Made by a program: the position numbers and the translations under genes
Notes under the pieces: generated by a model
What the model saw: only the letters and a program-made list of their open reading frames with translations
The model's database searches: none
Told to the model about the DNA's origin: nothing
Part shown: positions 27,401-39,081 of the stretch, in pieces
How positions within the stretch are numbered: the first letter of the stretch is position 1
How the letters are laid out: each line of letters begins with the position of its first letter
Source: Styela clava
Lineage: Eukaryota
DNA length: 64,000 nucleotides
Assembly (NCBI RefSeq): GCF_964204865.1
Contig: NC_135262.1
Location: 5,146,001-5,210,000 of the forward strand
Direction: 5' to 3'

Positions 27401-30400
27401 TGCGGCTTCAATTCTGAACAATGCTCTGTACAACCATCTTTTGATATGTAAGAAGATTTTTGAAGAACCTGAATCTTTCCAGCCTTGCTTTGCTCACTCA
27501 GTTATTAACATCCTGGATAGAGTTGTGAACTTGTGATCATGAGATTTGAACTGGATAGTGATAACATTCAATTGCTTGCTGCTTTTGAGTGTATAAACAA
27601 GAGTTGACTGCTCCTATTTTTCATATCAGATCAAGGCCACTTATGTTTAAGAGCTGACGACTTTTATTGAGTCACTTTTTTATCAGTGAATAAATGTGGT
27701 TTTTATATGTGGTTCCTTTTTATACTTGAAAAGAAAGAAGTAAAGATTAATTCGTCTTTGTTGGCTGTGTTCACTTGAGATATTCTGTTTCTTGTCCTTT
27801 GAACATTGCATTAACAAGATCATTTAATCTGAATTTTTTGTATTCACTATCACAACATGACTAAAACTATTTATTACTCATAATCCAGGAGAAAACAAAC
27901 CTAACGTAGTCGTTTCACAACAATCTCAAACCCAATCACAACAACCCCAAACTCAACAACAAAATACTACGGCAGGTGGGAGTGATTCTGGCCCAATTCG
28001 TGCCACACCATCTATGTGGAGATGCAGTCGTATCATGCATATGCAGAGAGATTTGCATCCAACGTTGCTGTCTTCTCTTGAGGGAATTGTTGATCAGATG
28101 GTCTGGTTTCGTGAAAACTGGCATGAAGAGGTACAATTTTAATTGTAAAGTGAATTTTGAAGTCAAAAAACTTTTTTTCTGACCTGCAAATGACCTTGGT
28201 GCACACTCAAGTTAAAATATATCTTATTGAAATCAGAACATCTTCAAATTATTAAAAATAACAGATTCAATACTTTGTAGATTAAAACACATCCAGATGT
28301 TGATTGTATATCATCTATATAGTCTCAACACTATACCTCCAAATTGTTGCGAATTACAATTTCACAAATTTGCAAAAAGTCTACCTATCTGGGCTTCGAT
28401 TTAGGTATATGTTTCATACAGTTATTTTTCAAATGCAAAATCAATCGATTTGTATAATATTTATTCTCATCAATAATTTTTATTTCAAAAATGAATCATT
28501 GAAAATCTTTGTTCTTTTTCAGGTTCTTCGCCAGCTTTGTCAAGGACTCGCAAAATGTTATTCTGTTGCATTTGAGAACAGAGCAGCAGTTTCGCAGGCT
28601 AGAATTACACCTCATACGTTGAATTTCGTCAGAAAACTTGTCTCAACTTTTGGTGTTGGAATTGAAAATGTCTCAAATGTTACGCAAACATTTTCAAGTG
28701 CAGCCTCTGAGTCGCTTGCTCGTCGAGTACAGGTCAGTGTCTACCCTGGATCATTGTTGCCAATGTGCTGATCGTGTGTGATAAATTCTTGATTTAGACT
28801 GGTCTTTCTTCATTGTTCTCAATCCACATATGATTTAGAACTTGTGTAAATACCCCGCGATCTTCAATTTTGTGAGGACATTTATGTGCGAGAGGATTGC
28901 TGAATTCCTTGCCATCGTAGGGTGATTAACATAATAAGTTGTGAATCTAAGATTACCGGTTGAGCTATTCTCATACCTGACATGGACTAGATGAGAGGTT
29001 GTGGTTCGCCATATGATTGAGCTGTTTCTCCTCTCTCTAAAAACGAATGTGCTATCATAGGTTGATTAACACAATGAGTTGTGAATCTGATATGATTAAC
29101 TGTCAAACTATTCTCATACTTGACATGGACTGATAACTAGATGAAAGACAGGTTTGTCATATGATTGAGCTGTCCTTCCAACTTCTAAAGATAATGTAAA
29201 AATCCTATCCTGTGGTATATTTCAGCTACATGTCACACAGTATCTTTGAAACACTTCAGTGTGGCCACTGAGAGTTAGCAACATTCGAACATTCAAATCT
29301 TTGTTGCTTTGCTCATCACGAAACATCATTATAATCAGAAATTGACTCTCCGAATTCAGCTTAGCCTGTTGAAGCTATTTTTCACTATGGAATATTTTTC
29401 ATTAGCAAATGTGCATTTTTTCACTTCTTCTGTTTTGTTCTACTCAGTGTACAATTGCACTTTTTGTTGGTTGGATGAAGAAATTTTGTTTAACTATCAA
29501 AAGTATTCGAATATTTGTTTCAAAACAGGCTACAGCACAAGATCCTGTTTTTCAAAAAATGAAAACACAATTTACAACTGATTTTGACTTCAGTATACCG
29601 GGATCAATGAAATTACATAATGTCATCCAGAAATTAAAGAAATGGATCAAGATATTAGAAGCTAGGACAAAGGTAATGTTGGTTTGATCAGTTGTTTCAA
29701 AACTGGGCATTGCGAGTGTTGCAACACAAGAGTGCATGATTCTAGTGCGTAAAGTAATTTCAAGTGCATCACAAAATATTAATCCATTACCGTAAAAATA
29801 TCCATTTAGAACTTGCCATAAAACAATAAAAATCATCAGAGAATAGTATGACTCAAGGAATACGAACATCCTGTTTCATTATTAAGTTTGAATGAATTAT
29901 AAAACTTTTACTTGTCGTAAGTGTACTGGAGGAGTGAATTTTCAATTCAGAATTATCATTTGTTAAATAAAGTCATTGCATCGCGAATTCAAAAAGTTTG
30001 GGAATCACGGATTAGGTTATACTAATAGCTTGTTGCTTTTGCAGGATTTCGGAAAATTCATAAATCATTTCCTATTTTTAGGTTATGCAAAAATCATTCT
30101 TGATCGAGGAAAAATGTCGTTTCTTGAGTAACTTTTCTGCAAGCACAGCAGAAGTTGAGATTCCTGGGGAATTTTTGATGCCAAAAGCAACTCATTATTA
30201 TGTTAAAATAGCAAGGTTTATGCCTAGAGTTGAAATTGTTCAGAAGCACAATACTGCTGCTCGGAGGTTGTATATTAGAGGGCACAATGGAAAAATTTAT
30301 CCTTATTTGGTATGTATATGATGAATTATTATATTTTAGTTGTGTCTGTGAATATCGCTGTGTGAAACCTAGCATTGTAATTCCATTTTTCCTGAACTTG

Positions 30401-33400
30401 AATGAATATAAAGTTAGACCGATACTAATTTTTTTCAATTTTTCGATGAATTGCAGACTTTTTAAAGATATCCACTATTATACATCTGAAATTTATGCTC
30501 TAAACGAGCCTCTATATATATATACGTGCTATAGAATATATATTAACATAGAATATAAATTAACTTTTCTTTGGAGGACATAGAGTTTCTAATATTACTT
30601 CATTGGTAAGGTGGAGCAGATGGATATTAAAACTGAGCTGTCTAACCTACAACGCCAGAGTAGCTGTGTACAACGTACACTGACAATTAGACCAGTGTAC
30701 CCATAAATTTGAAATAAACTGATCAAAATAAAAGTTCAAAATCCAGTTTTAACTTTCGTTGATTTCATTTTAGGTAATGAATGATGGATGCCTGATTGAA
30801 TCTCGACGTGAAGAACGAGTATTGCAACTATTACGTCTTCTCAATCCTGGCCTTGAAAAAAGGAAAGAAACAGCAAAACGTCAACTTTTATTTACTGTTC
30901 CACGTGTTGTTGCTGTTTCTCCCCAGATGAGACTTGTAGAAGACAATCCATCTTCTCTCTCATTGCTGCATATATATAAACAGAGGTTTGTGCTTTTAGT
31001 TTTCACAGATGTTAAACGGAAAGCATACCCAGATCTAGTTTAATTGGAGGGCATTTCAGAAAGTAGTATATGCGGCACACTAGTATCAATATGGACTTAG
31101 CTTAACCTCAATCTGGTCACAGCTATCTCTTTCGCTTTTCACTGTTGTGGGTGTGGTGGCTTAGTATTTGACTTGACAATGATCGCATCACAGGTCTAAA
31201 TTCAGCAACATTCAGGTCTAAATAGTAACTCCTCACATATAAGTGGTAAGTGGTATGCAGAGCCTTGTGTAGAATGGAAAGTGCATGAATATGCCGTGAA
31301 AAAGAAGTCACCATTGGTATGTTAACGTATGTTGCGCAAACATTGTATGGTCTAATGACCTTGATTACTGCAAGCTTGTCAACATATGTAACCAGATCAA
31401 TGGACTATCTTCTGGTCGAGTTACTTCTAAAATAACAAGATAATTATTTAGAAACTATCCTAAAACTTTCGTATTAATATAATATCCAGGTGTGCGAAAA
31501 AGAATGTTGAATACGATGCCCCGATCAGTCGATATTATGAAAGACTAACATCTGTGCAAGCAAGAGGAACTCAGGTATACTTTTATAATATGTAAAATGT
31601 ATAAAAAGTAGAATTTGATAATCAATTACATAATTTGTTTGTTATAATGATATATTTTGTCAACTAAACCCAATCTTTGAACATTGGTGAAATATAGGCT
31701 TGCCGGTTGGCGCATTGTGTTAAGTGTTAGGAATACACTCGCCATCACACATATTATTACCCTGTGTAAGTTTGAATCTCGTGAGATAATTGTGTGATAG
31801 AGGATTGCTGGACTCCTCGCCGCTGTAGGATGATGATTCAGTAATCGTTGGTCAGTGATAACTGTCTTCACTATGAAATCCATGCATTTGAAACAGACTG
31901 CTGACTAATCCCATACCTGACATAGACTGTTAATCGGACAAGAGGCCATGGTTCGTCATATGATTAAGCCATCTAACACTTCACCTCCCAGAATAAATAT
32001 GGAAATCTTATCCTATAATAAGACTTAAAATAGTGGCAACCTTTTATTTAATCAATATTAATATAATATCAGTTCCTGCTTTTTGAAAACCATTTGAGTC
32101 ATATTCTACCATTTAAATAATTACTTTATGGCATTCAGGTTGGTCACCAAGTACTTCGAGACATCCAGAAAGAAGTGCAAAGTAATACTGTACCTCGCAG
32201 TATGCTGAAAGAATGGGCAACACATACTTTTCCTGCTGCTACAGATTATTGGACTTTCAGAAAGACGGTCACACTTCAGTTAGCATTACTGGGATTTGCA
32301 GAATTTGTCTTGCACTTGTCAAGACTCAATCCAGAAATGTTGCAAATTGCACAAGATTCTGGTCATCTTCATGCAGCATATTTCAGGTAGGCACCCCTGC
32401 GTGATGGAGGCAGTATGTTTCTTGCTTTGTTTACTTACTAACTTGCTTATAAGAAGTGCAACTACCAAAATATTACCTTAATGAAAAGGCGTTCATTCAT
32501 TTTTGCCCAACTAGTCCAATGAGAATTCAATTGAACATTTTAAAATCTTAATTCATTTTGTGGTTTATAAAAAGAGCTTCCTTAAGAAACAAATAAACTA
32601 TTGCTATTTGATCATTGTTACAACTTAAAAATTGTTTCAACTTTGTTTGTGGCTCAAGCCATAACTGACTAGCAGTTACATGAATCGACCTGTCATAGCA
32701 AGAAGTCCAGCAATTTTCTCACACATAATTACTTTCAAAAAGACACAACCTACAAACCCACGCAGGACAATCAGCAGTGCTATTTACCAAGTCTAATGCT
32801 TCCTACCCTCCAAATTTGATACTGATTTTAAAAAATAAAATACAATTACAAAACTAGGCTATTTTTCAACTTTATGTGAATGAGATAAATTAAGCTTGAC
32901 AATATTTAAATATTTTACTTCTTTTACAAATATAAACTATTGTTTTTGATTCAATAACTTTTGCTAAATGCGGATTTCTTTCTTTTTTCAGATTTGATGT
33001 TGGTGATAATACCGGTGAATTGGATGCAAATCGATCAGTTCCTTTCCGTCTTACTCCGAATATCACGAGTTTTATTTCACCTGTCGGTGTTAGCAGTGTC
33101 TTAACTGCTGCCATGATTGCCACTGCAAGATGTTTCATGCAGCCTAGTTTTAAGGTTGGTGTTTGAAAAAATTCATTGGAATGAATTTCCAATAAGTTTG
33201 AAAAATTATACAAATGGTCAATTTAGATGTCTCATATCTTCTACATATGGGACAAATAGCCCCCTGTTTTTATGCATCATTGACTGTTTACAGAATAGAA
33301 AAAGAGTAATAGTAATTCTAAGCAGTTTTCATTGCCTTTTCATGAATTTTTATTTGTATGTGTTTAGGTGGAAGGCTTACTTCGTGCTATTCTCCGAGAT

Positions 33401-34246
33401 GAAATGATAGCTTGGTATAAGAAAAAGCAAGATGATGTCACACAACCTGCAACTATGGTTCCTCCGAATACACAACCCCCTGATATTGCAAGGTATTTCA
33501 TATCTAAACAACTGAATTTCTCTGTAATATTTTATACTGAGTGTTATAAATAGGGCATAGAATTCATCATATAGGTTATTTATAAAGACTCTTGCTTTTC
33601 TGTTGTAGGTTCTGCTATACGCTATCTTACTGTAACCACACTGTAAGTGTGATTCTTTGTATAGATATATATAGCATGAACTTTTTGTGAGCCATACCAA
33701 GAAAACCCACTTGATATTCGTAGAAAAGAAGCAAGTGTATAAGACAGACAGCTAAATTAGAATCATGTATATTTGCTATGGATACCAGTCCAGGTCGTGC
33801 ATAAGCGTGTTTACCAGTACAGTACCGTACCGAAGTAAGCGGTACTCGTACCATTTCAATGATTATCTGAAATCTGCTGTGATGATGATGATTATGTCAC
33901 AAGAAAATTTGCCAATGGCGATCACCATTCACCAATTCCAAATATTTGTTGTGACTGCTTTGTTTGATAAGGACATTTTGCAATAGCTTTGTCGAATTTC
34001 TGTTTGAACATGATCTGCATCCCTTGTTTCTGTTAACGTAAAAAAATCCAAGGTTGTCATAACTACTCTTATTCCAGTGACCAGTTGGTGGCGCTAGTGA
34101 ATCATGCTGTCAAAATGATAATGTCTCGTCTTCAAAATCTCGCTGAATTCGAGGGCGGAGAAAGCAAAGTAACATCGCTCGTGAATGCAGCAACTCTACA
34201 AGAAAATCTGTGTCGAATGGATCCTGCATGGCACCCATGGCTATGA
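487..34246 (+). CDS. TRRAP: Transformation/transcription domain-associated protein (PIKK-family pseudokinase; SAGA/TIP60 scaffold), 5'-partial, 49 exons in window
   Basis: Phase-consistent GT-AG exons: 487-633, 1260-1481, 2110-2253, 2434-2618, 3085-3301, 4925-5101, 5572-5691, 6145-6259, 6815-7020, 7546-7739, 8105-8396, 9095-9280, 9776-9870, 10314-10402, 10858-11006, 11460-11615, 11945-12082, 12565-12742, 13186-13347, 14138-14310, 14687-14835, 15384-15597, 16530-16706, 17411-17526, 17934-18090, 18705-18859, 19405-19546, 20200-20340, 20712-20840, 21519-21618, 22305-22456, 22909-23001, 23408-23563, 24270-24542, 25271-25477, 25947-26105, 26540-26644, 26723-26839, 27313-27352, 27889-28130, 28523-28732, 29529-29672, 30082-30309, 30774-30985, 31490-31574, 32139-32386, 32992-33154, 33368-33492, 34078-34246 (TGA). 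Peptides recognised as TRRAP: LRRIMTFAWPCLL, HWTRKIIVEEGHT, FAT-region KLEPAFL and GLEVIESTNLKYFTKEMTAEFYALKG, PIKK-region RGHNGKIYPYLVMND and VPFRLTPNI, FATC end NLCRMDPAWHPWL*. The DRH/DFG catalytic motifs are absent (LHLSRLNPEML...AAYFRFD), as expected for the pseudokinase. Confidence 0.97.
654..944. mobile_element. Degenerate hAT-like MITE
   Basis: CAGCTGTTCCCAA left end, GGGGCCACAA subterminal motifs at both ends, GATAACCCATTG right end; TSD decayed. Confidence 0.5.
3642..4576 (+). mobile_element. Non-autonomous hAT (Charlie/Buster-like) DNA transposon with transposase C-terminal remnant
   Basis: Perfect 16-bp TIR CAGGGGTGGCCAACCT/AGGTTGGCCACCCCTG and perfect 8-bp TSD GTATAGAT. 4260-4328 translates LLVTNVTPRIKKLAKVKQQQKSH, typical of the Buster/Charlie transposase end. 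Confidence 0.9.
13707..13756 (+). repeat. Intronic copy of part of TRRAP exon 13186-13347
   Basis: Matches 13203-13253 with one substitution and a 1-nt deletion. Confidence 0.9.
15662..15891. mobile_element. Merlin-like MITE
   Basis: ~20-bp imperfect TIR starting GGTAC/GGCAC; TSD CAACATTT/CAACATTC. Confidence 0.75.
16988..17042 (+). ncRNA. Minimal hammerhead ribozyme motif, same family, in a TRRAP intron
   Basis: TGT, CTGAAGA (16993-99), A, stem II GTCTGACC/GGTCATAC (1 mismatch), GAAAC, GTT, ATA, followed by the family's gaaatacatttgt tail. Confidence 0.6.
21700..22060 (+). mobile_element. tRNA-type SINE copy
   Basis: Aligns by eye to 31700-32016 over the body and tail. Confidence 0.7.
24013..24054. 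mobile_element. 42-bp minimal hAT MITE
   Basis: Perfect 13-bp TIR CAGTGGTTCTCAA/TTGAGAACCACTG; TSD TACTAGAA/TACTAAAA (7/8). Confidence 0.85.
24631..24760. mobile_element. Merlin-like MITE (internally deleted)
   Basis: GGTATT...GGAGCGCC; perfect TSD CTTTGTTG; same family as 15662-15891. Confidence 0.8.
31700..32016 (+). mobile_element. tRNA-type SINE, near full-length copy
   Basis: A-box-like TGGCGCATTGTG, B-box-like AAGTTTGAATCTC, body (ggattgctggactcctcgccg...ctaatcccatacctgacat...ggttcgtcatatgattaagcc) and tail aataaatatggaaatcttatcctat. Family copies at ~2880-2990(+), 5848-6000(-), 7506-7540(+), 7790-8040(+), 10105-10260(-), 17180-17340(+), 20433-20520(-), 21700-22060(+), 23836-23900(-), 26428-26490(-), 28850-29210(+), 32670-32790(-), 34690-34860(-), 52165-52290(-), 63526-63790(-). 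Confidence 0.75.
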
Positions 34247-34506
34247 AAAGCACCACATAATTTGTTGTATATACAGTACTTGGTTTTATGAAGTAAAATG
34301 ACACTCTTGCTATTTTCTGACTAGCGACACACTTTCTAGAAGGCTGATGGCTTACTAATCACTTTTTTCGGCTTTAGTGGTAGAGATCATCGCTAACAAT
34401 TTGTGCTTTCCTATTGTCCGATAGAAATGCCTGTGGTTGCTTACCTTTCAATCATGTTGTTTAAGTTTTGTACATTTAGTATCATATTTTTAGTTTTCTG
34501 TGTTTG

Positions 34507-34512
34507 AATAAA
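34507..34512 (+). terminator. Probable TRRAP polyadenylation signal AATAAA
   Basis: AATAAA ~260 nt after the stop codon, followed by GT-rich sequence (ttttgtgagttgtattgtg). Confidence 0.6.
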
Positions 34513-35436
34513 TATTCGTACATGGACTGTATATCAGATTTTGTGAGTTGTATTGTGAATTCAGTCAGATTGGGATTATAGTTTAAATTTGCACCCAACT
34601 TATTTTTTTATGTCAGAATTAATATGTGTCGTGTAATAGCAGAATTCGCTTCAACTTATTTATATTCTGGATATGAATGGCCACGACAAGTAGGATTTGG
34701 GTTTCAGATTTATCCTGAGGTAGAGAAAAGTCGATAAAGACTGATTAGGAGTCCAGCAATGCTTTCGCACATAATTATGCCTCGCGGCATTTGAACCTGC
34801 AGTGTAAGCAGAAGTGCGATGACAATCGTTTTCCCGATGGTTAGCACGATGCGCAACCCGTCGAGTTGAATATATTATTAAGATGTCAGCCCGTATAAAA
34901 CATGATTCCGATGGTTGAACTAGTAATCGTTATGTTTTTTTGCCGTCAGCCATAAGGCGTGCTTAGTGTTGTTTTAATTGAGGATTCCGGTTTCAAACCT
35001 CATGCTCGCTAATTTGACCCATGGCGTGATAAATTGACTGGGCAATGCTGAGCTAAAACAATTTTCTACAAATAGTAGATAGTATTTATCAGCGGATGAT
35101 TGTCCAAGCCATACTCGCGAATGTTTGAAAGAAAATTCCTTTCCAATGGATTTTTCTTATTCCTTCAAAGAATTATGTGATACCGTGATTCTATATAATA
35201 ATAGAAGTAATATTGGTCACTACGTACCCTGAAGGCGTATGTACACATTCTACATTTACAATAGAGCGACAGAAGTGTTGAGAGAAAATCTTAATTCGCA
35301 TTTTTCTCGCACATTTGCCACTAAAATCGGCAGAGTTGATACGAAACTCTGATTTCGCATAAAAATACGCTGCGTGTGTATTTGATAGATATGATTTTCT
35401 TATTATTTAACGTGTTATCATCGCAATAACAGTATG

Positions 35437-35703
35437 CAGTGGCGTACCTAGGGTGTGGCAGCCATGGCTCGTGCCATTGGCGCCGTTTGGACAGGGGCGC
35501 AAAAAAAGGCGGAAATTTTTATTTGTAAAATTTTATAATAAAACAATTTCACATGGTTAATAACTGTTACTAGTATTTTTACTCAAATATTAACGTAGTA
35601 GTAACTTATTTCCTTGACAGTCATTATAAATTGAAACTAACTATCAAGGGGGGCGCATTTTTCAATTTTGCTATGGGCGCAATTTTATGTAGATACGCCA
35701 TTG
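35437..35703. mobile_element. hAT MITE (CAGTGGCGTA end type)
   Basis: TIR CAGTGGCGTACCT/AGATACGCCATTG; perfect 8-bp TSD ACAGTATG. Confidence 0.88.
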
Positions 35704-35767
35704 ACAGTATGCGTTCTTGTTATTCTAACCTCTAAAATGCGATTCAATAGTCTTGATGCGCACTAAC

Positions 35768-36035
35768 TATTTCTGTAACGTTTCCTCTGACAAATTGAAC
35801 AGTAATGCACTTGAACTAAGTATGTCTGAGGAAGTATGGCCTTGGTCAGACGAAACATTACAGAAATATATATATATAATAAATGTATTTGTGTTAGTGT
35901 GCTGCAAGACTCTTGAATTACTTGGGATAGTTATCTTCACTCTTACTACAGCATACTTATATGGATCCACCGGCACAAAAGCATAGAAGAAGGAAAAGTA
36001 GTTATTCTCGTAAAAATCCAATCGATAGCCTAACA
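35768..36035 (+). mobile_element. Hammerhead-bearing Penelope-like repeat with a short inverted 5' piece
   Basis: Core CTGAGGA-A-GTATGGCC/GGTCAGAC-GAAAC-ATT at 35826-35859 plus ~170 nt of family tail. 35768-35791 is the reverse complement (22/24) of 35845-35868. Confidence 0.6.
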
Positions 36036-37662
36036 AATTTCCTTGAAAATGCGCGTCAATTTTACTGTGACGTCACTATGTTTCCATAAACTACTTGAAA
36101 ATTTTGACAACACTTAACACGTTATAAGTATCATTTCTCTAAATCGAATTTAGTGAAGGACGCTTAAAATTACTTTCAAAAGAAGTCGAGTGTTATATAA
36201 ATGGAAATTCTCTTTAATGTAAACATGTGCTCGTATGGTGCAACAAATCCGGTTAATTAAACGAATTAAAAAAAAGTGTGAAGTTATCTTGCGCTACACG
36301 ATAGAAAAAATATAGTTTCCTTGCTACACGAAATGTGACTGCCACACTGGCTAACGTAAGATGTTGAATGGAATATATTCTATCTAATTCTACCGGAATT
36401 CAGACAAAACACATCATAACAGATTGGAAAGTTAATCATGTTTTTCAAATATTACATTCAATTTTCACACTCTCATTGTTTTTTATAAAAAGATAAAAAA
36501 AAAAGTAGATATTGTAACAACATCTTGTTTATATTTAATTTAACACGAAACCTTTGAAATTTTAAAAATAAATGAAAACGAGTGAGGGATACATTTTAAT
36601 TGAAATTGTATTTCGGGCGAGTAGAAATTTTGCTTCACAATCGCAGAAAATGAGTATTTCGGGCGGGTTGAGGTATTCATTGGAATGAGTATTTGTATAC
36701 TTTTTTTCCACAATTGCGCCATACCCCTAGAATAATATGTAAATCTTATCTTTATACTAATGACAACGATTGCATCAAAATTTTGCAATTAATAAGACGT
36801 GTCTCGAGGTGTCAATTGTTGTGTATATTGCATGTGAAATATATATTGTCACGCTAATAACCGAATTGCGTAAGTCATTTTTGGCGACTTTGAGTTTTTT
36901 ATAAAATAGGTATTTATGTAATGCTGCGCACCTGTCTGTTAGCTCAGATTTTATTTTAAAATTCCGAAACCCCTAAAAATGGAGATTTAGTATGACCATT
37001 GATGACTTAACAATGGATAGAAAACTCATTGTTGTCGCCACAGACGTGCCACCACGCTTGAATGACCTTCTGTAAAATCATATTCTGGGGCGCTTAAACA
37101 ATGCTTTTCTTATGGCGGAGCCTCGTGAAATTAAAGCCTGAAATCTCGTAAAATGGGATAATTCAATAGAAATATGTTTATACGGCCGTATTCATATACA
37201 CTGTTGAAATATAAATTATATGCTGTACTCGGACAAATTTATAATTGGCCACAAGTGCGAACATGTAATCCAAAGTGGGATATGCGACCAGAGGGTGGTT
37301 TCTGATCAATTTGTGAGGATTGTGGAAATATCTGAATGGCGTGCGATTGCATTTTGTTATATTAGCCGATCTAATTCAGCGTGATCCGTAACGTTGGACT
37401 CCGAGCATCTTCACGTCGTTATTTATTCTCGCTTAATTTCCCGCTGCAAATTTACCCCATTTCAGAATATCATTGCAAGCATCTTGTTTCAATAAGTTGT
37501 TTTGTTCCGCATTGTAAAATATATAAAATGAAACGAAAAATACCTTTAGTTTATTTAGGCTGGTGACAGATTAAAAGCTCTTTTTCAGTTGGTAAATTGC
37601 CCTTGAGAACTATACCATAGTCACTGAATCCCTTCACTATGCCTGCGATATACTTTTTAGGG

Positions 37663-38331
37663 CAGGGGTGTGCAACCTTCATTGACAGAAGGCCAGATAC
37701 AAGTTACTGAATAAAGCCGAGGGTGCACCTATAAACTCTCCCTATGAAATGCTCGGGATACAAAAAAAAATCAACTTACAAAAATTCTTCTCGTAGTATT
37801 GCTTCGGCTAACATACTATTTTCTACATACGAAAGATCGAAAACCTTTCAAACGCGTGTAGTGAAATTTGTTTAAATTAGGTTAATTTAATGCATTGCTT
37901 GAAGAAGTGAATACCGAATATGGCGCACATATCCTAGCGCCACCGTAAACGTTTTGATTTGAAACATTGCAGCCCTGTGCGACACGGCAATGTGTTGATA
38001 GCGAAATTCAGTGAGAAGACGATGATGCGATAAAAAAATAAATATAAAATTTTGAATTTCATGTATGTGTGCTCATTTCCAATGAATTTTAATCGAATTC
38101 AGTGAAAAAGGCGTTTTCATAACATTGTGCATTTCGTAACAGGATTTTGCTTGCTTGTTTTAGTGATATAACCGTGGCACTCAGCTTTGTGAAAGAGAAA
38201 AAGGTTAAAATTGCTCGCACGCACCAAAATAAATGATCTAAAAACTCCTTTTGTGGGAACACCATTCAAAATTGGCGCTTCTCCGCGAGCCGTACAAATT
38301 TTCTTATCGGGCCGCAGTTTGCACATCCCTG
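37663..38331. mobile_element. hAT MITE
   Basis: TIR CAGGGGTGTGCAA/TTGCACATCCCTG; TSD TTTTAGGG/TTTTAAGG (7/8). Confidence 0.85.
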
Positions 38332-38714
38332 TTTTAAGGCATTCTGAAACTATCGTCGGGGCCACATGCAACTTTACTCTGGTTATTATGAATTTTTAAT
38401 ATACTAAAATGAATCGTAGTTTTTTTTATCTTTTATTTCACACCTAGGGCTTTTTATAGCGTTGAAAAATAAAAAAAAATAATAGGAGTGGCAGTGCGGA
38501 GTCAGTGTTGTGAGAACATATCGGATTTGTAGAATTCGAAACATCGCAAAAATACGAATCACAACTAGCGATAAATACGGTATAATCAGATAGTTCTCCA
38601 TTCTTTGGTATTGCTTTGATATTTTATAGTGATGCTCTTATTTCGACGTAAGTCGGCGCATCGCAATTGATTTAACAAGCAAGAAATTTTAAATAGTCTA
38701 GTATTGGTCGTGAA

Positions 38715-39081
38715 TAAGGATGCAAAGTATGACTACTTACAAGTATTCGATTCTAATCCGATTCCTAAATTTTCGATTCCGATTGTCGATTCCGAATCTC
38801 GATTTATGGACATAGCTTACCGACAAAACATACCCACATAAACAATACCCTATGAATTCAATCAAAAGAGCAATGTTCAAATATTTGGAAACGAAAACCA
38901 AAACTAAGTGGTATGGGTATTCAATCTGCCACAGTAGACAAAATCGTACAAAAAACGAATCCCTCACGACTTGTTACAAAACGTTGAACATTGTTTGCAA
39001 TCCAAGTTTCAACCTTAAGAATCGATTCCAATCTATCGGAATCGATTCTAGTCCATTCCGAACTTGATTCCACCATCCCTA
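38715..39081. mobile_element. hAT MITE with TAGGGATG (Ac-type) termini and CGATTC subterminal repeats
   Basis: Ends TAAGGATG/CATCCCTA; perfect 8-bp TSD GTCGTGAA; many CGATTC/GAATCG motifs near both ends. Confidence 0.85.

Noticed and set aside
32139-33154. Missing kinase catalytic motifs as a sign of pseudogenisation
   Set aside because: TRRAP/Tra1 is an established pseudokinase, and the reading frame is intact to the FATC terminus.
38715-39081. CRISPR-like or tandem array (recurring CGATTC)
   Set aside because: Irregular short subterminal motifs of a TSD-bounded hAT MITE in a eukaryotic context; no repeat-spacer periodicity.
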